From: Candidatus Marinacidobacterium sp.
Lineage (GTDB): Bacteria > Acidobacteriota > Vicinamibacteria > Marinacidobacterales > Marinacidobacteraceae
DNA length: 64,000 bases
Direction of reading: 5' to 3'
NCBI GenBank assembly: GCA_965220965.1
Contig: OZ244852.1
Span: 128,001 to 192,000, forward strand
Numbering within the stretch: position 1 is the first letter of the stretch; each line of letters opens with the position of its first letter. Below, piece by piece: positions 1 to 10,573 of this stretch. The position numbers were made by a program, and so were the translations under genes. The notes beneath the pieces are model-generated. The model had not been told where the DNA came from, searched no databases, and saw only the letters and a program-made list of their open reading frames with translations.

Positions 1-708
1 GGCGGCGTCCACCTCGACGAGCGCCGCTTCCCCGATGCGCGCCCGGCGCCGAAGCCAGGCGGTGGTCTCCTCGAGGTTCGCGACCGCCGCCTCGGCGAGC
101 CGCGCCTGTTCCTTCGCCTCGACCGCGAGGAAGTACAGCCGGGCGGCCTGCCCGGCTAGCGAGGCCCGGGCGCCCGCGACTTCGGCGACCGCCGCCCCGA
201 ATCCGGCGCCGGCGGCCCGCGCCCGGGGGGCGGCGTCCCGCCACAGGTTCGCCTCCCAGGACAGATCGAGCGAGAGCCCGTACTGGACGTATTCGGCGGT
301 CAGCACTTCGTCCTCCCCGATCCCGGGGATCGGCAAGCCGATGAAGTTGCGGCGCTCCGCCAGCCGGTTCGCTCCGACGCCGACCTGCGGCCAGAGCGCG
401 CTCTCCGCCACTCCGGCGTCCGCCGCCGCCTGGGCGAGCCGCGCCGCCGCTTCGGCGAGCGTCAGGTTCCCGGCGAGGGCCCGCTCGACGACGGCGTCGA
501 GTGCGGGATCCCCGAACGAGGTCCACCACGAGGACAGGGGCCCGGCCGCCGGAGGAGGGGCCCCCTCCGAGGGAGCGAAATCGAGATCGGGTTCGGCGAC
601 CTCCGGCGCTCGCACCCCGGCGCACCCGGCGGCAAGCAGCGCGACGAGGAGAAGCGAGCTGACTCCCCCCGGGACGCCGGAGCCACGGCGCGGTTCGCTG
701 ACCGCCAC
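1..708 (-). CDS. Outer-membrane efflux lipoprotein (TolC/OprM/NodT family), runs off window start
   Basis: Manual translation of minus strand: lipobox LLAAGC, WWTSFGDPALDAVVERALAGN, LSLDLSWEANLW motifs; GTG at 708 with AGGAGG upstream. Confidence 0.85.
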   Translation of the reverse strand, partial: MAVSEPRRGSGVPGGVSSLLLVALLAAGCAGVRAPEVAEPDLDFAPSEGAPPPAAGPLSSWWTSFGDPALDAVVERALAGNLTLAEAAARLAQAAADAGVAESALWPQVGVGANRLAERRNFIGLPIPGIGEDEVLTAEYVQYGLSLDLSWEANLWRDAAPRARAAGAGFGAAVAEVAGARASLAGQAARLYFLAVEAKEQARLAEAAVANLEETTAWLRRRARIGEAALVEVDAA

Positions 709-832
709 TCGCCTGCCCGGGCCTCCTGACCTCACGCCCCGATGGTACGTCGCGAGGGCGGCCCCCACCCTCCTGCGCGGACCCGCCACCCCGGGCGACG
801 AACCGCCCCCGGCGGCAGGGGTATCCCGATGT

Positions 833-862
833 TGTTACGCTCTTGAGTAAAATTACTCAAGA
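833..862 (+). promoter_or_regulatory. Extended -10 (TG-t-TACGCT) followed by a perfect AT-rich palindrome, candidate operator
   Basis: TCTTGAGTAA-AA-TTACTCAAGA at 841-862, 10 nt before ATG 873. Confidence 0.6.
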
Positions 863-872
863 AATTAAGTCC

Positions 873-2144
873 ATGACTCCGCAGTTCGAACGAGCTCAGG
901 TCGCCGCCCTCCTGGGACTCCTCGCTAAGCCGCCTCGCACGATTCTGGCGCTGTTCGGACCTCGGCAGTGCGGGAAGACGACCGCGATCAGGCAGGTTCT
1001 GCGGCGCGTTCCACTTCCGGGTCGTTACTGGACCACGGATCCGCAGGACTCCGCCCCCAGCGCGGTCAACGGCCGGGAGGCGGAGCCGTCCCGACCGTCC
1101 CGACATCCGCCGGACTGGAGCTGGGTCCTCCACCGGTGGCGCGAGGCGCGCGCCGAGGCGCGGCGACTGGCTCGGAACGGCTCGGGTCCGTTCGTCCTCG
1201 TGTTCGACGAGATTCAGGCCGTGCCGCAGTGGTCTTCGATCGTCAAGGGACTGTGGGACCAGGACCGGATGGACGGGCTCCCCCTTCACGTCGTGATCCT
1301 CTGTTCCGCACCGATGGCCGTCCAGTCCGGTCTTCGCGAGAGCCTCGCCGGCAGGTTCGACCCGGTGCTCTTTCACCACTGGTCCTTCGGCGAGATGCGC
1401 GAGGCCTTCGGCTTCGACCTCGACACCTGGCTCTATTTCGGCGGTTACCCGGGCGCCGCCCACCTCGCGCAGGAGGGAGACGAGGCCCGATGGTCTTCCT
1501 GGGTCCAGTGGAACTCCATCGAGCCCACGTTCGAACGCGATGTGCTCGCGATGACCCGCGTGGACAAGCCGGTCCTGATGCGCGGCCTGTTCGAAGTCGC
1601 CACCCGCTACTCCGGCCGGGTCCTCTCGATGAACAAGGCGCTCGGCCAGCTCACCGACGCCGGCAACACGACCACGCTCAGCCGCTACCTCCACCTGCTG
1701 GAGGCGGTGGGGATGGTCGCCGGACTCCCGAAGTACACGGGATCCTTCCACTGGAAGCGGTTCCCTCCGAAGCTGAACGTGCTGAACACCGCGCTCATGA
1801 CCGCCGCTTCCGGATACTCGTTCGCCGAAGCTCGCGCCGACCGGACGTTCCGCGGCCGGCTGGTCGAGACGGCCGTGGGCGCCCACCTCTACCAGACGAT
1901 GCACCCGGCGGCGCGGCTTCACTACTGGCGCGAGGGTCACCAGGGAGTTGACCTCGTGCTGGAGCGCGGGCCCCATCTGCTGGCCATCGAGGTCAAGGGC
2001 GGCCCCTACCGTGAATCTCCTCGCGGCCGGGACGCGTTTTGCCAAAGGTTCCCCGGGGCCCGCTCGCTCCTGGTGGGGGAGGGGGGCGCGCCTCTCGACA
2101 GATTCCTTTCGGCGCCTGCGGAACACTGGTTGACGGGCGAGTGA
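873..2144 (+). CDS. AAA_14 ATPase with DUF4143 / C-terminal nuclease-like domain
   Basis: Walker A GPRQCGKTT, Walker B LVFDEIQ, ESLAGRF, GGYP, C-terminal YWRE..VDLV...AIEVK. Confidence 0.85.
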   Translation: MTPQFERAQVAALLGLLAKPPRTILALFGPRQCGKTTAIRQVLRRVPLPGRYWTTDPQDSAPSAVNGREAEPSRPSRHPPDWSWVLHRWREARAEARRLARNGSGPFVLVFDEIQAVPQWSSIVKGLWDQDRMDGLPLHVVILCSAPMAVQSGLRESLAGRFDPVLFHHWSFGEMREAFGFDLDTWLYFGGYPGAAHLAQEGDEARWSSWVQWNSIEPTFERDVLAMTRVDKPVLMRGLFEVATRYSGRVLSMNKALGQLTDAGNTTTLSRYLHLLEAVGMVAGLPKYTGSFHWKRFPPKLNVLNTALMTAASGYSFAEARADRTFRGRLVETAVGAHLYQTMHPAARLHYWREGHQGVDLVLERGPHLLAIEVKGGPYRESPRGRDAFCQRFPGARSLLVGEGGAPLDRFLSAPAEHWLTGE

Positions 2145-2179
2145 GCGGAGAGCTCGACTCCCTCCCCGGCTCGCGCGCC

Positions 2180-4432
2180 TCAGGGATCCGGGTGGATCGT
2201 CGTTCGGCGCGCCACCACCGGGTCCTCGAGGAGGCGCAGCAGGCCGCGGCGCAGGATCCGGTGCGCTTGCGGCGGGGCCTTGAGCACCAGCCGGCGGCGA
2301 TGGACCCGGCGTCCGGGCGCCGGGGGCGCGGGCGCCGGGCCGAGGACCTCGACGCCCCGGTCGGCGAACCGGTCCGCCAGGAACCGGGCGAGGTCGCGGG
2401 CGTCCTCGTCGGCGGCGGCGAGGGTGGGGGCGGTCGTGGTGATGAACGTGAGGCGCACGAAGGGCGGATACCCGAGCCGCTCGCGTAGCGCCAGCTCGGT
2501 GGTCGCGAACTTCCGGTAGTCCTGGCTCGCCGCCGCCGCCACCGCGTAGTGCTCGGGGTTCAGCGTCTGGACGATCGCCCGTCCCGGCGTCCGGCCGCGG
2601 CCGGCCCGGCCCGCGACCTGGGTCAGCAACTGGAAGGTCCGCTCCGCCGCCCGGAAGTCCGGGATGCCGAGGCCGGCGTCGGCGGCGACGACGCCGACGA
2701 GCGCGACGCCAGGGAAGTCGAGGCCCTTCGCGATCATCTGCGTTCCCACGAGCACGCCGATCTCGCGGCGCCGGAAGGCGTCGAGCATCCGGGCGCGCTC
2801 CCCCACCGCCCGGGTCGTGTCCCGGTCGAATCGCTCCACCGCGACCCCGGGCAACAGTCCGGCCACCGCCTCGTGCAGCTTCTCGGTCCCGATGCCCTCG
2901 GCCCGGAGCACATCGCCGCCGCACTCGGGGCAGGTCTCGGGGGTGGCGGCGCCCCGACCGCAGCCGTGGCAGACCGCCAGATGGCCCCGGCGGTGAAGCG
3001 TGAGGGGCAGGGCGCACCGCTCGCACTCCGCCACTTCGCCGCACCGCAGGCAGAGCACCCGCGCCCGGTAGCCCCGCCGGTTCAGCAGGACGAGCGCCTG
3101 CTGTCCCGCCGCCGCGGTCGTCCGCAGCGCCGCTTCCAGGCCGCGCGAGAGCACGAGCGGCCCGGGGACGCGCCGCTCGCGGGCGTGCTCGCGCAGCAGG
3201 GGCCGCATGTCCACGAGGTCCACCTCGGCCAGCTCCCGCGCCCCGATCCGCCGGTCCAGCGAGAGTCGGGTCAGCGCGCCCGCCGCCGCCCGGTCCGCTT
3301 CGAGCGAAGGGGTCGCCGACCCCAGCAGGAGCGCGGCGCCCGCCTCCCGGGCCCGGAGCCACGCCGCCCGGCGGGCGTGGTAGCGAGGCGCCTCCTCCTG
3401 GGCGTAGGCCGCGTCGTGCTCCTCGTCCACGACCACGATCCCGAGGTTCCGGACCGGCGCGAACACCGCGGACCGGGCGCCGAGCACGACGCGCGCCTCG
3501 CCTCGGCGGACCCGCCAGAACGCCTCGCGCCGCTGGCCGCCGCTCAGGCCGCTGTGAAAGACGGCGAGTTCCCGACCGAACCGCGCCCGCGCCACCCGCT
3601 CCATCTGAAAGGCGAGCGCGATCTCCGGGACCAGCACCAGGGCGCCCCGGCCCTGTTCGAGCGCAGCCGCCACCGCGTCGAGGTAGACCTCGGTCTTCCC
3701 GCTGCCGGTCACCCCGTGGAGCAGGAACCCGCGGAAGACCCTCGCGTCCAGCGCTTCCCGCACCTCCGCGGCCGCCTTCGCCTGCGCCTCGGTGAGCTCC
3801 GGGGCCGCCGAGCGCTCCGGACCAGCGCCCGAGTCCTCTGGATCCGGGGCAACCCGCCGCCGCGCGGTCCGCAGGAGACCCTCCCGCTCGAGCCGGGCAA
3901 AGCTGCGTCCCGGCGACAGCTCGAGCTCCCGGCGGATCCGCACCAGCGGAACGTCCCCCCGGCCGACGGCGAGCAGCGTCAGGATGCGGCGGTCATCGGT
4001 GGACAGCCTCGGCGCCGCCTCATCCGCCCCGCCGAGCCGGGCGGTTCCTTCCGCGGTGATCCCGGCGCACAGCAGTTCCCGCCCCTGCGAGGTTCCGGGC
4101 GGCGTCATCGCCTGGAGCACGATCCCCAGCGGACAGACGGTCTGGTCGGCCAGCCGCCTGGCGAGGGCGACGAGTTCGGGGGGCAGCGCCGGCAGCGGAT
4201 CCGCCGGGCGGTCGAGGACGGCCTTCAGCCGCGAGTCCGCGATCGTCTTCGCTCCCTCCCCGACGACGACGCCGGGAAGGCGCGTCCTCCCGAAGGGGAC
4301 CTCCACGCGCGTCCCCACCGGCAGCGTCGTCTCCCCGGGGACGAGGATCCGCTCGGGGACGGCGTAGGTGAACGTTCCCGGCGCCGGCCGCGCGACCGCC
4401 ACCTCGACGCGCGCCGACGAGTCGCCGTTCAC
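2180..4432 (-). CDS. priA: Primosomal protein N' (replication restart helicase)
   Basis: GVTGSGKTEVY, VVDEEHD, Zn-finger CxxC pairs, GTQMIAKGLDFP, QVAGRAGR; GTG overlaps udg stop. Confidence 0.96.
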   Translation of the reverse strand: MNGDSSARVEVAVARPAPGTFTYAVPERILVPGETTLPVGTRVEVPFGRTRLPGVVVGEGAKTIADSRLKAVLDRPADPLPALPPELVALARRLADQTVCPLGIVLQAMTPPGTSQGRELLCAGITAEGTARLGGADEAAPRLSTDDRRILTLLAVGRGDVPLVRIRRELELSPGRSFARLEREGLLRTARRRVAPDPEDSGAGPERSAAPELTEAQAKAAAEVREALDARVFRGFLLHGVTGSGKTEVYLDAVAAALEQGRGALVLVPEIALAFQMERVARARFGRELAVFHSGLSGGQRREAFWRVRRGEARVVLGARSAVFAPVRNLGIVVVDEEHDAAYAQEEAPRYHARRAAWLRAREAGAALLLGSATPSLEADRAAAGALTRLSLDRRIGARELAEVDLVDMRPLLREHARERRVPGPLVLSRGLEAALRTTAAAGQQALVLLNRRGYRARVLCLRCGEVAECERCALPLTLHRRGHLAVCHGCGRGAATPETCPECGGDVLRAEGIGTEKLHEAVAGLLPGVAVERFDRDTTRAVGERARMLDAFRRREIGVLVGTQMIAKGLDFPGVALVGVVAADAGLGIPDFRAAERTFQLLTQVAGRAGRGRTPGRAIVQTLNPEHYAVAAAASQDYRKFATTELALRERLGYPPFVRLTFITTTAPTLAAADEDARDLARFLADRFADRGVEVLGPAPAPPAPGRRVHRRRLVLKAPPQAHRILRRGLLRLLEDPVVARRTTIHPDP

Positions 4433-5124
4433 CCTTCGGCGTCGGTGACGAAGCCGTAGGCCAGCCGCAGGTCCTCCGTCACCCGCCCCATCTGTCGCTC
4501 GAGGCCGTCGCCCGAGAGCCGCAGCAGATAGGCCGGGTGGTAGGTCGGGACGACCGGCGTCCCGGCGAACCGCTTCACCGTTCCCCGGACCGCCCCGATC
4601 CCGCGCACGTCCGGGAACAGCGCCTGGACCGCCACCCGTCCGAGCAGGCACAGCGCCTTCGGCTTCACCGCCGCGATCTGCCGCTCGAGGAAGGGAAGGC
4701 AGGTCGCCACCTCGTCCGCCCTCGGATCCCGGTTCCCGGGCGGGCGGCACTTCACGATGTTCGCGATGTAGACCGCCTCCCGGGAAAGACCGAGCGCCTC
4801 ATCGAGGACCCGGTCGAGGAGCTTTCCGGCGCGTCCCACGAAGGGCTCGCCCCGCCGGTCCTCCTCGGCGCCCGGTCCCTCGCCGATGAACATCAGGTCG
4901 GCGTCGGGAGGACCCACGCCGAACACGATCGTCTGCCGGCCCTCCGACAGCCGGCAGCGGGTGCAGCCGTCGAGGTCGCTCTCGATCTCTGCGAGGGCCT
5001 TCGCGGCCGTGGGGTCTCGGGACGCGTCCGGAGGGTCGGCGGCCCCGCCTCCCGGAACGAAATCGGTGAACGAGCGCAGCAGCCGGAGGCGGGCCGCGAG
5101 CTGGGCGCGAGGCTCTTCGGCCAT
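4429..5124 (-). CDS. Uracil-DNA glycosylase family 4
   Basis: CTRCRL, GEGPGAEED, PFVGRAG, KCRPPGNR, TYHPAY. Confidence 0.93.
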   Translation of the reverse strand: MAEEPRAQLAARLRLLRSFTDFVPGGGAADPPDASRDPTAAKALAEIESDLDGCTRCRLSEGRQTIVFGVGPPDADLMFIGEGPGAEEDRRGEPFVGRAGKLLDRVLDEALGLSREAVYIANIVKCRPPGNRDPRADEVATCLPFLERQIAAVKPKALCLLGRVAVQALFPDVRGIGAVRGTVKRFAGTPVVPTYHPAYLLRLSGDGLERQMGRVTEDLRLAYGFVTDAEG

Positions 5125-5139
5125 CCCGACCGGGCCCGA

Positions 5140-6450
5140 TCAGGCGGAGCCGAGGCGGCGCGCCGCCACGCTCCAGACCGCGTTCGCCAGCGACCGTTTC
5201 GTCTCGGGCGGCCGCCGCTCCACCGCCGCCTTCGTGGTCCCGTTCGCCTCGACGAGCACCGCCTCGGTCTCGTCGCGGCCGAAGACGCGTCCCTCGCCCA
5301 CCCGGTTGCCCACGATCAGATCGCACTGCTTCGCGGCCAGCTTGCGCCGCGCCTCGGGGACCGGGTCGGCCGTCTCCGCGGCGAAGCCGATGAGCACCCG
5401 GGGTCCGGCGCCTTCCGACCGCGCCGCCCCGAGCTCGGCGAGGATGTCGGGGTTCGCCGTCAGCGTCAGGGCGGGCGGCGCGCCGTTCCCTTTCGGTTGC
5501 CGGAGGGCTTGCGACTTCAGCTTGTCGGGCGGCGCCGTCGCCGGCCGGAAGTCGCTCACCGCCGCCGCCATGACGACGACATCGGCCCCTCCGGCAGCCG
5601 CCGTCACCGCGTCGCGCATCTCGAGCGCGGTCTCCACCGGCGCGCGCCGGACGCCCTCGGGGGGATCCGCCTCGGTCGGGCCAAGCACCAGCGTCACGTC
5701 TGCGCCTCGTTCCCGGGCGGTCTCGGCGAGAGCGAAGCCCATGCGGCCCGAGGACCGGTTCGTCAGGTAGCGCACCGGATCGAGGGGTTCCCTGGTGGGC
5801 CCGGCGGCGACGACGACGCTCCGCCCGGCGAGATCCCGCGGCGGCGCGGCATCCGCTTCCGTCAGTCCCGTCGCCGCCTCGACCGCCGCGAGCAGGGTGT
5901 CCACATCGGGCAGCCGACCCGAACCGGTCCAGCCACAGGCCAACTCCCCGGAGGCGGGGTCCACCACCCGGACCCCGCGCGACGCGAGGGTCTTCAGGTG
6001 GGCGGCGGTCGCGGGGTGCTCCAGCATGTTGGGGTTCATCGCCGGCGACACCACGACCGGCGCCCGCACCGCCAGGTGGAAGGTCGTCAGGAAGTCGTCC
6101 GCGAGCCCGAGCGCCATCTTCGCGATGACGTTCGCGGTGGCCGGGGCCACCAGGAACACGTCGGTTTCCTCGGTGAGCGAGATGTGGCGGATCTCCCCGG
6201 GCGCCCCTCCGTCACCGGCGGCGCCGAAGAGTTCGCCCAGAACCGGCTCTTCGGACACCGTCTCGAGCGCCAGCGGGGCCACGAACTCCCGGGCGGCCCG
6301 GGTCAGGATCACCTGGACGCGCCACCCTCGCTTCTTCAGGGCGCGGACCAGTTCGGGGGCCTTGTAGGCCCCGATGCAGCCGCTGACTCCAAGGACGACC
6401 TTCTTCGTCCCGGTCTCCGCTTCCCGAATCCGGTCGTCGCCTGACGCCAT
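5140..6450 (-). CDS. coaBC: Phosphopantothenoylcysteine decarboxylase/ligase
   Basis: GVSGCIGAYK, PATAN, PAMN, GELACG..GSGRL, DPVRYLTNRSSGRMG, GFAAET. Confidence 0.96.
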   Translation of the reverse strand: MASGDDRIREAETGTKKVVLGVSGCIGAYKAPELVRALKKRGWRVQVILTRAAREFVAPLALETVSEEPVLGELFGAAGDGGAPGEIRHISLTEETDVFLVAPATANVIAKMALGLADDFLTTFHLAVRAPVVVSPAMNPNMLEHPATAAHLKTLASRGVRVVDPASGELACGWTGSGRLPDVDTLLAAVEAATGLTEADAAPPRDLAGRSVVVAAGPTREPLDPVRYLTNRSSGRMGFALAETARERGADVTLVLGPTEADPPEGVRRAPVETALEMRDAVTAAAGGADVVVMAAAVSDFRPATAPPDKLKSQALRQPKGNGAPPALTLTANPDILAELGAARSEGAGPRVLIGFAAETADPVPEARRKLAAKQCDLIVGNRVGEGRVFGRDETEAVLVEANGTTKAAVERRPPETKRSLANAVWSVAARRLGSA

Positions 6451-6484
6451 CCGCCAATCTTCGCACGCGCCGCAGCGCGTTCCT

Positions 6485-6778
6485 TTACTCCTCGCCGGCC
6501 GGGAGCGGGATGTTCCGCAGGTGGGACCCCGGCCGGAAACGCGCCATCCGGCCCGGCGGAATCGGGACCGCCGCTCCGGTTCGCGGGTTCCGCGCCATGC
6601 CCTGCTTCCTCGGAGTCACGAGGAACGACCCGAACCGGCGGATCACGACCCGGTCCTGCCGGAGCAGCGCGTCCGCCACCGCCCGGAACACCGACTCGAC
6701 GGCGAACTTGGCCTCCAGCCGGCTCATCCCGGTGCTCTCGCAAGTCCTTGAAATCAGATCTGCCTTGACCAGCGCCAT
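6485..6778 (-). CDS. HU/IHF family DNA-binding protein
   Basis: KADLI...[16 protein letters not shown]...F.PG motif; GGAGG upstream. Confidence 0.9.
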   Translation of the reverse strand: MALVKADLISRTCESTGMSRLEAKFAVESVFRAVADALLRQDRVVIRRFGSFLVTPRKQGMARNPRTGAAVPIPPGRMARFRPGSHLRNIPLPAGEE

Positions 6779-6894
6779 GCGACTCGCGAACCTCCAGCGG
6801 GGGCCGGCCATGGTACGCCACTCCGGACGCCGCGGCCTCGGCGGCTTGCGACTCTGCGGGCGCCCCGACCTGTCACGCCACAATTCCCGGCGCC

Positions 6895-8433
6895 TTGAAG
6901 CACGTCGCCCTCTTCGGCCGCCCCAACGTCGGGAAATCCACGCTGTTCAACCGGCTCGTCGGCGGCCGCCCGGCGATCGTCCACGCCCGGCCCGGGTCCA
7001 CCCGCGACGGGCGCAAGGAACCGGTGGAGTGGCGCGGCCGCTCCTTCTTCCTCCACGACACCGGCGGCGCGACGACCGACGACGACCTCCACGCCTTCGC
7101 TCCCCAGGTCCGCGACCTCGCGGTCGCCGCGGCGGCCCGGTCGGACGCCATCCTCTTTCTGGTGGACGCCCGCGCCGGGCTCACCGGCGCCGACGAGGTC
7201 CTGGCCGATCTGCTCCGCCGCGCTCCGGACCGCCCGCCGGTCCTGCTCGTCGTCAACAAGGCGGAGTCGAACCCGGAAGCGGCGGCGGCCGACTTCCACC
7301 GGCTCGGCTTCGGCGACCCCTGTCCCATCTCCGCCGAGCACGGCCTGGGGGTCGCCGAACTGCTGGACGCCCTGCATCCCGTCCTGGGGGCGGGGTCCGA
7401 TGAGCCCGAACCGGAAGTCCCCGCCGGGGCGTCGGTCCGCATCGCGATCGTCGGCCGCGCCAACACCGGCAAGTCCACGCTTCTGAACCGGCTGGTCGGC
7501 CGCGAGCGCTCGATCGTCTCCCCGGTCCCGGGGACGACCCGCGACCCGGTCGACGAAACGCTCACCGCGGAGGGCCGCGCGGTCACCCTGGTCGACACCG
7601 CCGGGATCCGCCGTCGCCCCCGCCGGCGCGGCGTGACGGACACGTTCGAAGAGGCCGATTCGCTGGCGGTGCTGCTGGCGGGCAAGGCGATCCGGCGGGC
7701 GGACGTTTCGCTGCTGATGACCGACGCGGTCGAGGGGCCCACGACCCGTGACGCCGCGATCGCCCGGATGATCGAGGACGCCGGCTGCGGCGTCGTCGTC
7801 CTGGCGAACCGCTGGGATCTCGTCACCTCCCGCGCCGCGCGCTGGGCCGAGCTCCGCCTCGACGCGAAGGAGACGCTCCGCCATGTCGCGCACGCCCCGG
7901 TGCTGCGCGTTTCGGCGAAGACCGGCCAGGGTCTCGGGGCGATCTGGAAGGCGGCGTTCCGGGTTCACGAGCAGCGCGCCCGGCGGATCCCGACGGCGGA
8001 GGTGAACCGCTTCCTCGCCGAGGCCTCGGAGCGCTTCGCCCCCCGCGCCCGCACCGGCCGGGAAGTCAGGCTGCTCTACGGCGCGCAGGTCAGCGCCGCG
8101 CCGCCCCGCTTCCGGGTCTTCGTGAATTGCCGGAAGGCGGACCTCCTACCAAGCTATCCCCGCTACCTCCTCGGCGCCCTGCGTCGCCGCTACGGCTTCG
8201 CCGGGGCGCCGGTGCGCCTCGTGGTGGAAGGCAGGAAGGGCCGCGCCGGGCGTGGGAAGCCGGAAGCCGATCCTGCGCCCGCAAAAGGCCGGAGACCACG
8301 CGGCCGGGGCGCGCCGGAGGGCGCCGTACACTCGGAAGCGGCCGCTGAAGCCGGGCGCGAGCGGCCCGCAGGGCTGGTCGGCGCTGTCCCCGAGGCTTCC
8401 GCCAGGCGCCCCGCTTCGCCCGACCCGCCGTGA
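6895..8433 (+). CDS. der: Ribosome biogenesis GTPase Der/EngA
   Basis: Two G domains ([12 protein letters not shown]; [22 protein letters not shown]) and C-terminal KH-like region. Confidence 0.95.
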   Translation: MKHVALFGRPNVGKSTLFNRLVGGRPAIVHARPGSTRDGRKEPVEWRGRSFFLHDTGGATTDDDLHAFAPQVRDLAVAAAARSDAILFLVDARAGLTGADEVLADLLRRAPDRPPVLLVVNKAESNPEAAAADFHRLGFGDPCPISAEHGLGVAELLDALHPVLGAGSDEPEPEVPAGASVRIAIVGRANTGKSTLLNRLVGRERSIVSPVPGTTRDPVDETLTAEGRAVTLVDTAGIRRRPRRRGVTDTFEEADSLAVLLAGKAIRRADVSLLMTDAVEGPTTRDAAIARMIEDAGCGVVVLANRWDLVTSRAARWAELRLDAKETLRHVAHAPVLRVSAKTGQGLGAIWKAAFRVHEQRARRIPTAEVNRFLAEASERFAPRARTGREVRLLYGAQVSAAPPRFRVFVNCRKADLLPSYPRYLLGALRRRYGFAGAPVRLVVEGRKGRAGRGKPEADPAPAKGRRPRGRGAPEGAVHSEAAAEAGRERPAGLVGAVPEASARRPASPDPP

Positions 8434-8924
8434 CGAACCCGCCATCCCCGCAGAAGATCCCGAACAAGCTCTATTTCCGGATCGGGGAGGTGAGCGAGAT
8501 CACCGGCGTCCAGCCGTACACCCTGCGCCACTGGGAGATGGAGTTCCCGACGCTCAGCCCGCGGAAGAACGACGCCGGGCAGCGGCTCTACTCGAAGACC
8601 GATGTGGGGATGGTCCAGGAGATCCAGCGACTTCTCCACCACGAGGGATACACCACCGCCGGGGCCGTCCGCCTCCTCGCCGAGCGCAAAAGGACGCGGC
8701 GCGGCAAGCCGGCCGCCGCTCGGGCGACCCCGTCCGCTCCCCCACCCGCGGCGAAGCCGGCCCGGGCCGCCGCCCCGTCCCCCGGCAAGCCGTCCCGGGC
8801 CGCCCCGGCCTCCGGGAAGTCGTCTCCTCCCCCCGACGGGGCGCCGGCCGCCGCGAAGAAACTCCTCGCCCTGATGGACGCGAACGACGCCCGGCTCGCC
8901 GAACTCCTCGGCCCCGACTCCTGA
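8430..8924 (+). CDS. MerR-family regulator of the type usually found after ihfA
   Basis: [14 protein letters not shown]...[11 protein letters not shown]...QRLY; directly upstream of tRNA-Pro(GGG). Confidence 0.9.
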   Translation: MTNPPSPQKIPNKLYFRIGEVSEITGVQPYTLRHWEMEFPTLSPRKNDAGQRLYSKTDVGMVQEIQRLLHHEGYTTAGAVRLLAERKRTRRGKPAAARATPSAPPPAAKPARAAAPSPGKPSRAAPASGKSSPPPDGAPAAAKKLLALMDANDARLAELLGPDS

Positions 8925-8970
8925 CCTGAACCGCCCCCCGGCGTAGAATCCGCCCGGCCCGCATCGCCGT

Positions 8971-9047
8971 CGGGACGTGGCGCAGTCTGGTAGCGCACTT
9001 GCTTGGGGTGCAAGTGGTCGTCGGTTCAAATCCGGCCGTCCCGACCA
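8971..9047 (+). tRNA. tRNA-Pro(GGG)
   Basis: CGGGACG acceptor stem, anticodon arm CTTGC-TT GGG GT-GCAAG, GTTCAAATC T-loop, encoded CCA; TAGAAT upstream. Confidence 0.97.
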
Positions 9048-9084
9048 ACCCCGGCCGGCCGGAAGAGCGCCGCCGCGCGCGGAC

Positions 9085-10569
9085 TTACGGTTCGGTCTGG
9101 ACGCGGACCATGTAGGGCTCGACGCGTTCGGCCGCCGGGGGCGCCGTCCGCAGCGACACCGCGACCAGCACCACCACGTGGACGGCGGCGCCGTAGACGC
9201 CCGGATGGATGCCGAACCAGGCGAACTCCGGCCACAGGTTCAGCGCCAGCGCCACCAGACACCCCGAGACCAGGCCCCAGATCGCCCCCTCGCGGGTGGC
9301 CCGCCGCCAGAGCATCGCCGCGATGAGCAGCGGGAAGAACTGCGCGATCGCCCCGTAGGACATCAGCAGCAGCCCGACGAGCGACGCCTCGGATCCGACC
9401 GCCAGGTAGTAGGCGAGCGCCCCCATCCCGAGCGCGGTCCAGCGGATGACCCGGGTCTCCGCCGCCGGGGCCCGCGGAGTCTTCCGGTAGGGGCCTTCGA
9501 GGTCCTTGACCAGCACCGAAGCGCCGGCGTGCAGGATCGCGTCGCCGGAGCTCATCGAGGCCGCCAGCGCCCCCGCGCAGAAGAGCCCCACCGCCAGCGC
9601 GGGCAGATCGAGGTCCATGAGGATCGTCGGGAGGATCGTGTCGGCCTCCGCCACGCCGGGGTAGGCGGCGATTCCGGCGAACCCGACGAACAGCACCGGG
9701 ATCAGGAAGATCTGGAACGTCGGATAGAAGACGACCATCCGCTTCAGCGTCCGGACGCTCTTCGCCGCGTAGATCTTCATGAAGTAGTGCGGCCAGACCG
9801 AGAACCCCAGCACCGAGACGATCACCGCGCTCGAGTAGGCGCCCATCCCCCACGGCTCGCCGCTCGCGTCGAGCCCCGGGGCGGTGAGCATTTCGGGGGC
9901 GGAGCGCGCCAGGTCCGCGAACATCGGCCCCACGCCGCCGTGGAGCTTCCACGGCAGGTAGAGGCCGAGACCCCACGCCAGCCCCAGCATGAGCACGCCC
10001 TGGAAGGTGTTCGTCCATCCGACGCCGAGGACGCCGCTTCGCGCCACGTAGATCAGCACGACCCCGTAGGCCAGCGCCGCCCCCGCCCACTCCGGCATCC
10101 GGCCCTCGGTCACCACCGAGAACACGTAGCCCGCGCCCTTCATCTGGATGACGAGGTAGGGAACGAGCGCCGCCGCGCTGACCACCGCCATGATCGCCGG
10201 AATCGCCCGCGGGCTCTCGAACCGGTGCGCGAAGAACTCGGCCTGGGTCACGAACCCGTAGCGCCGGCCGAGCGCCGCGATCCGCGGCCCCAGGAAATAC
10301 CACGGGAGCAGCCCCACGGTTCCGTAGGAGACGATGTAGAACGCCGCGGCGCCCCGCGAGTAGGCCCACCCGGGCGCGCCCAGGAAGGCGAACGCGCTGT
10401 AGATCGAGGCCCCCATGATGAAGTAGAGGACCAGGAATCCCAGATTCCGGTCGCCCGCGACGTACCCCTCGGGGGTGTTCGAGACCCGCCGTCCCGACAC
10501 CAGGCCGATCGCCAGGGTGGCGGCCAGGTAGGCCACCGTTGTCAGGAAGACGATGACCCAGGCGTCCAC
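9085..10569 (-). CDS. Sodium:solute symporter family protein
   Basis: Multi-TM; GYVAGDR, SAFAFLGAPGWAY, GALAASMSS signatures. Confidence 0.92.
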   Translation of the reverse strand: MDAWVIVFLTTVAYLAATLAIGLVSGRRVSNTPEGYVAGDRNLGFLVLYFIMGASIYSAFAFLGAPGWAYSRGAAAFYIVSYGTVGLLPWYFLGPRIAALGRRYGFVTQAEFFAHRFESPRAIPAIMAVVSAAALVPYLVIQMKGAGYVFSVVTEGRMPEWAGAALAYGVVLIYVARSGVLGVGWTNTFQGVLMLGLAWGLGLYLPWKLHGGVGPMFADLARSAPEMLTAPGLDASGEPWGMGAYSSAVIVSVLGFSVWPHYFMKIYAAKSVRTLKRMVVFYPTFQIFLIPVLFVGFAGIAAYPGVAEADTILPTILMDLDLPALAVGLFCAGALAASMSSGDAILHAGASVLVKDLEGPYRKTPRAPAAETRVIRWTALGMGALAYYLAVGSEASLVGLLLMSYGAIAQFFPLLIAAMLWRRATREGAIWGLVSGCLVALALNLWPEFAWFGIHPGVYGAAVHVVVLVAVSLRTAPPAAERVEPYMVRVQTEP

Positions 10570-10573
10570 GGCG

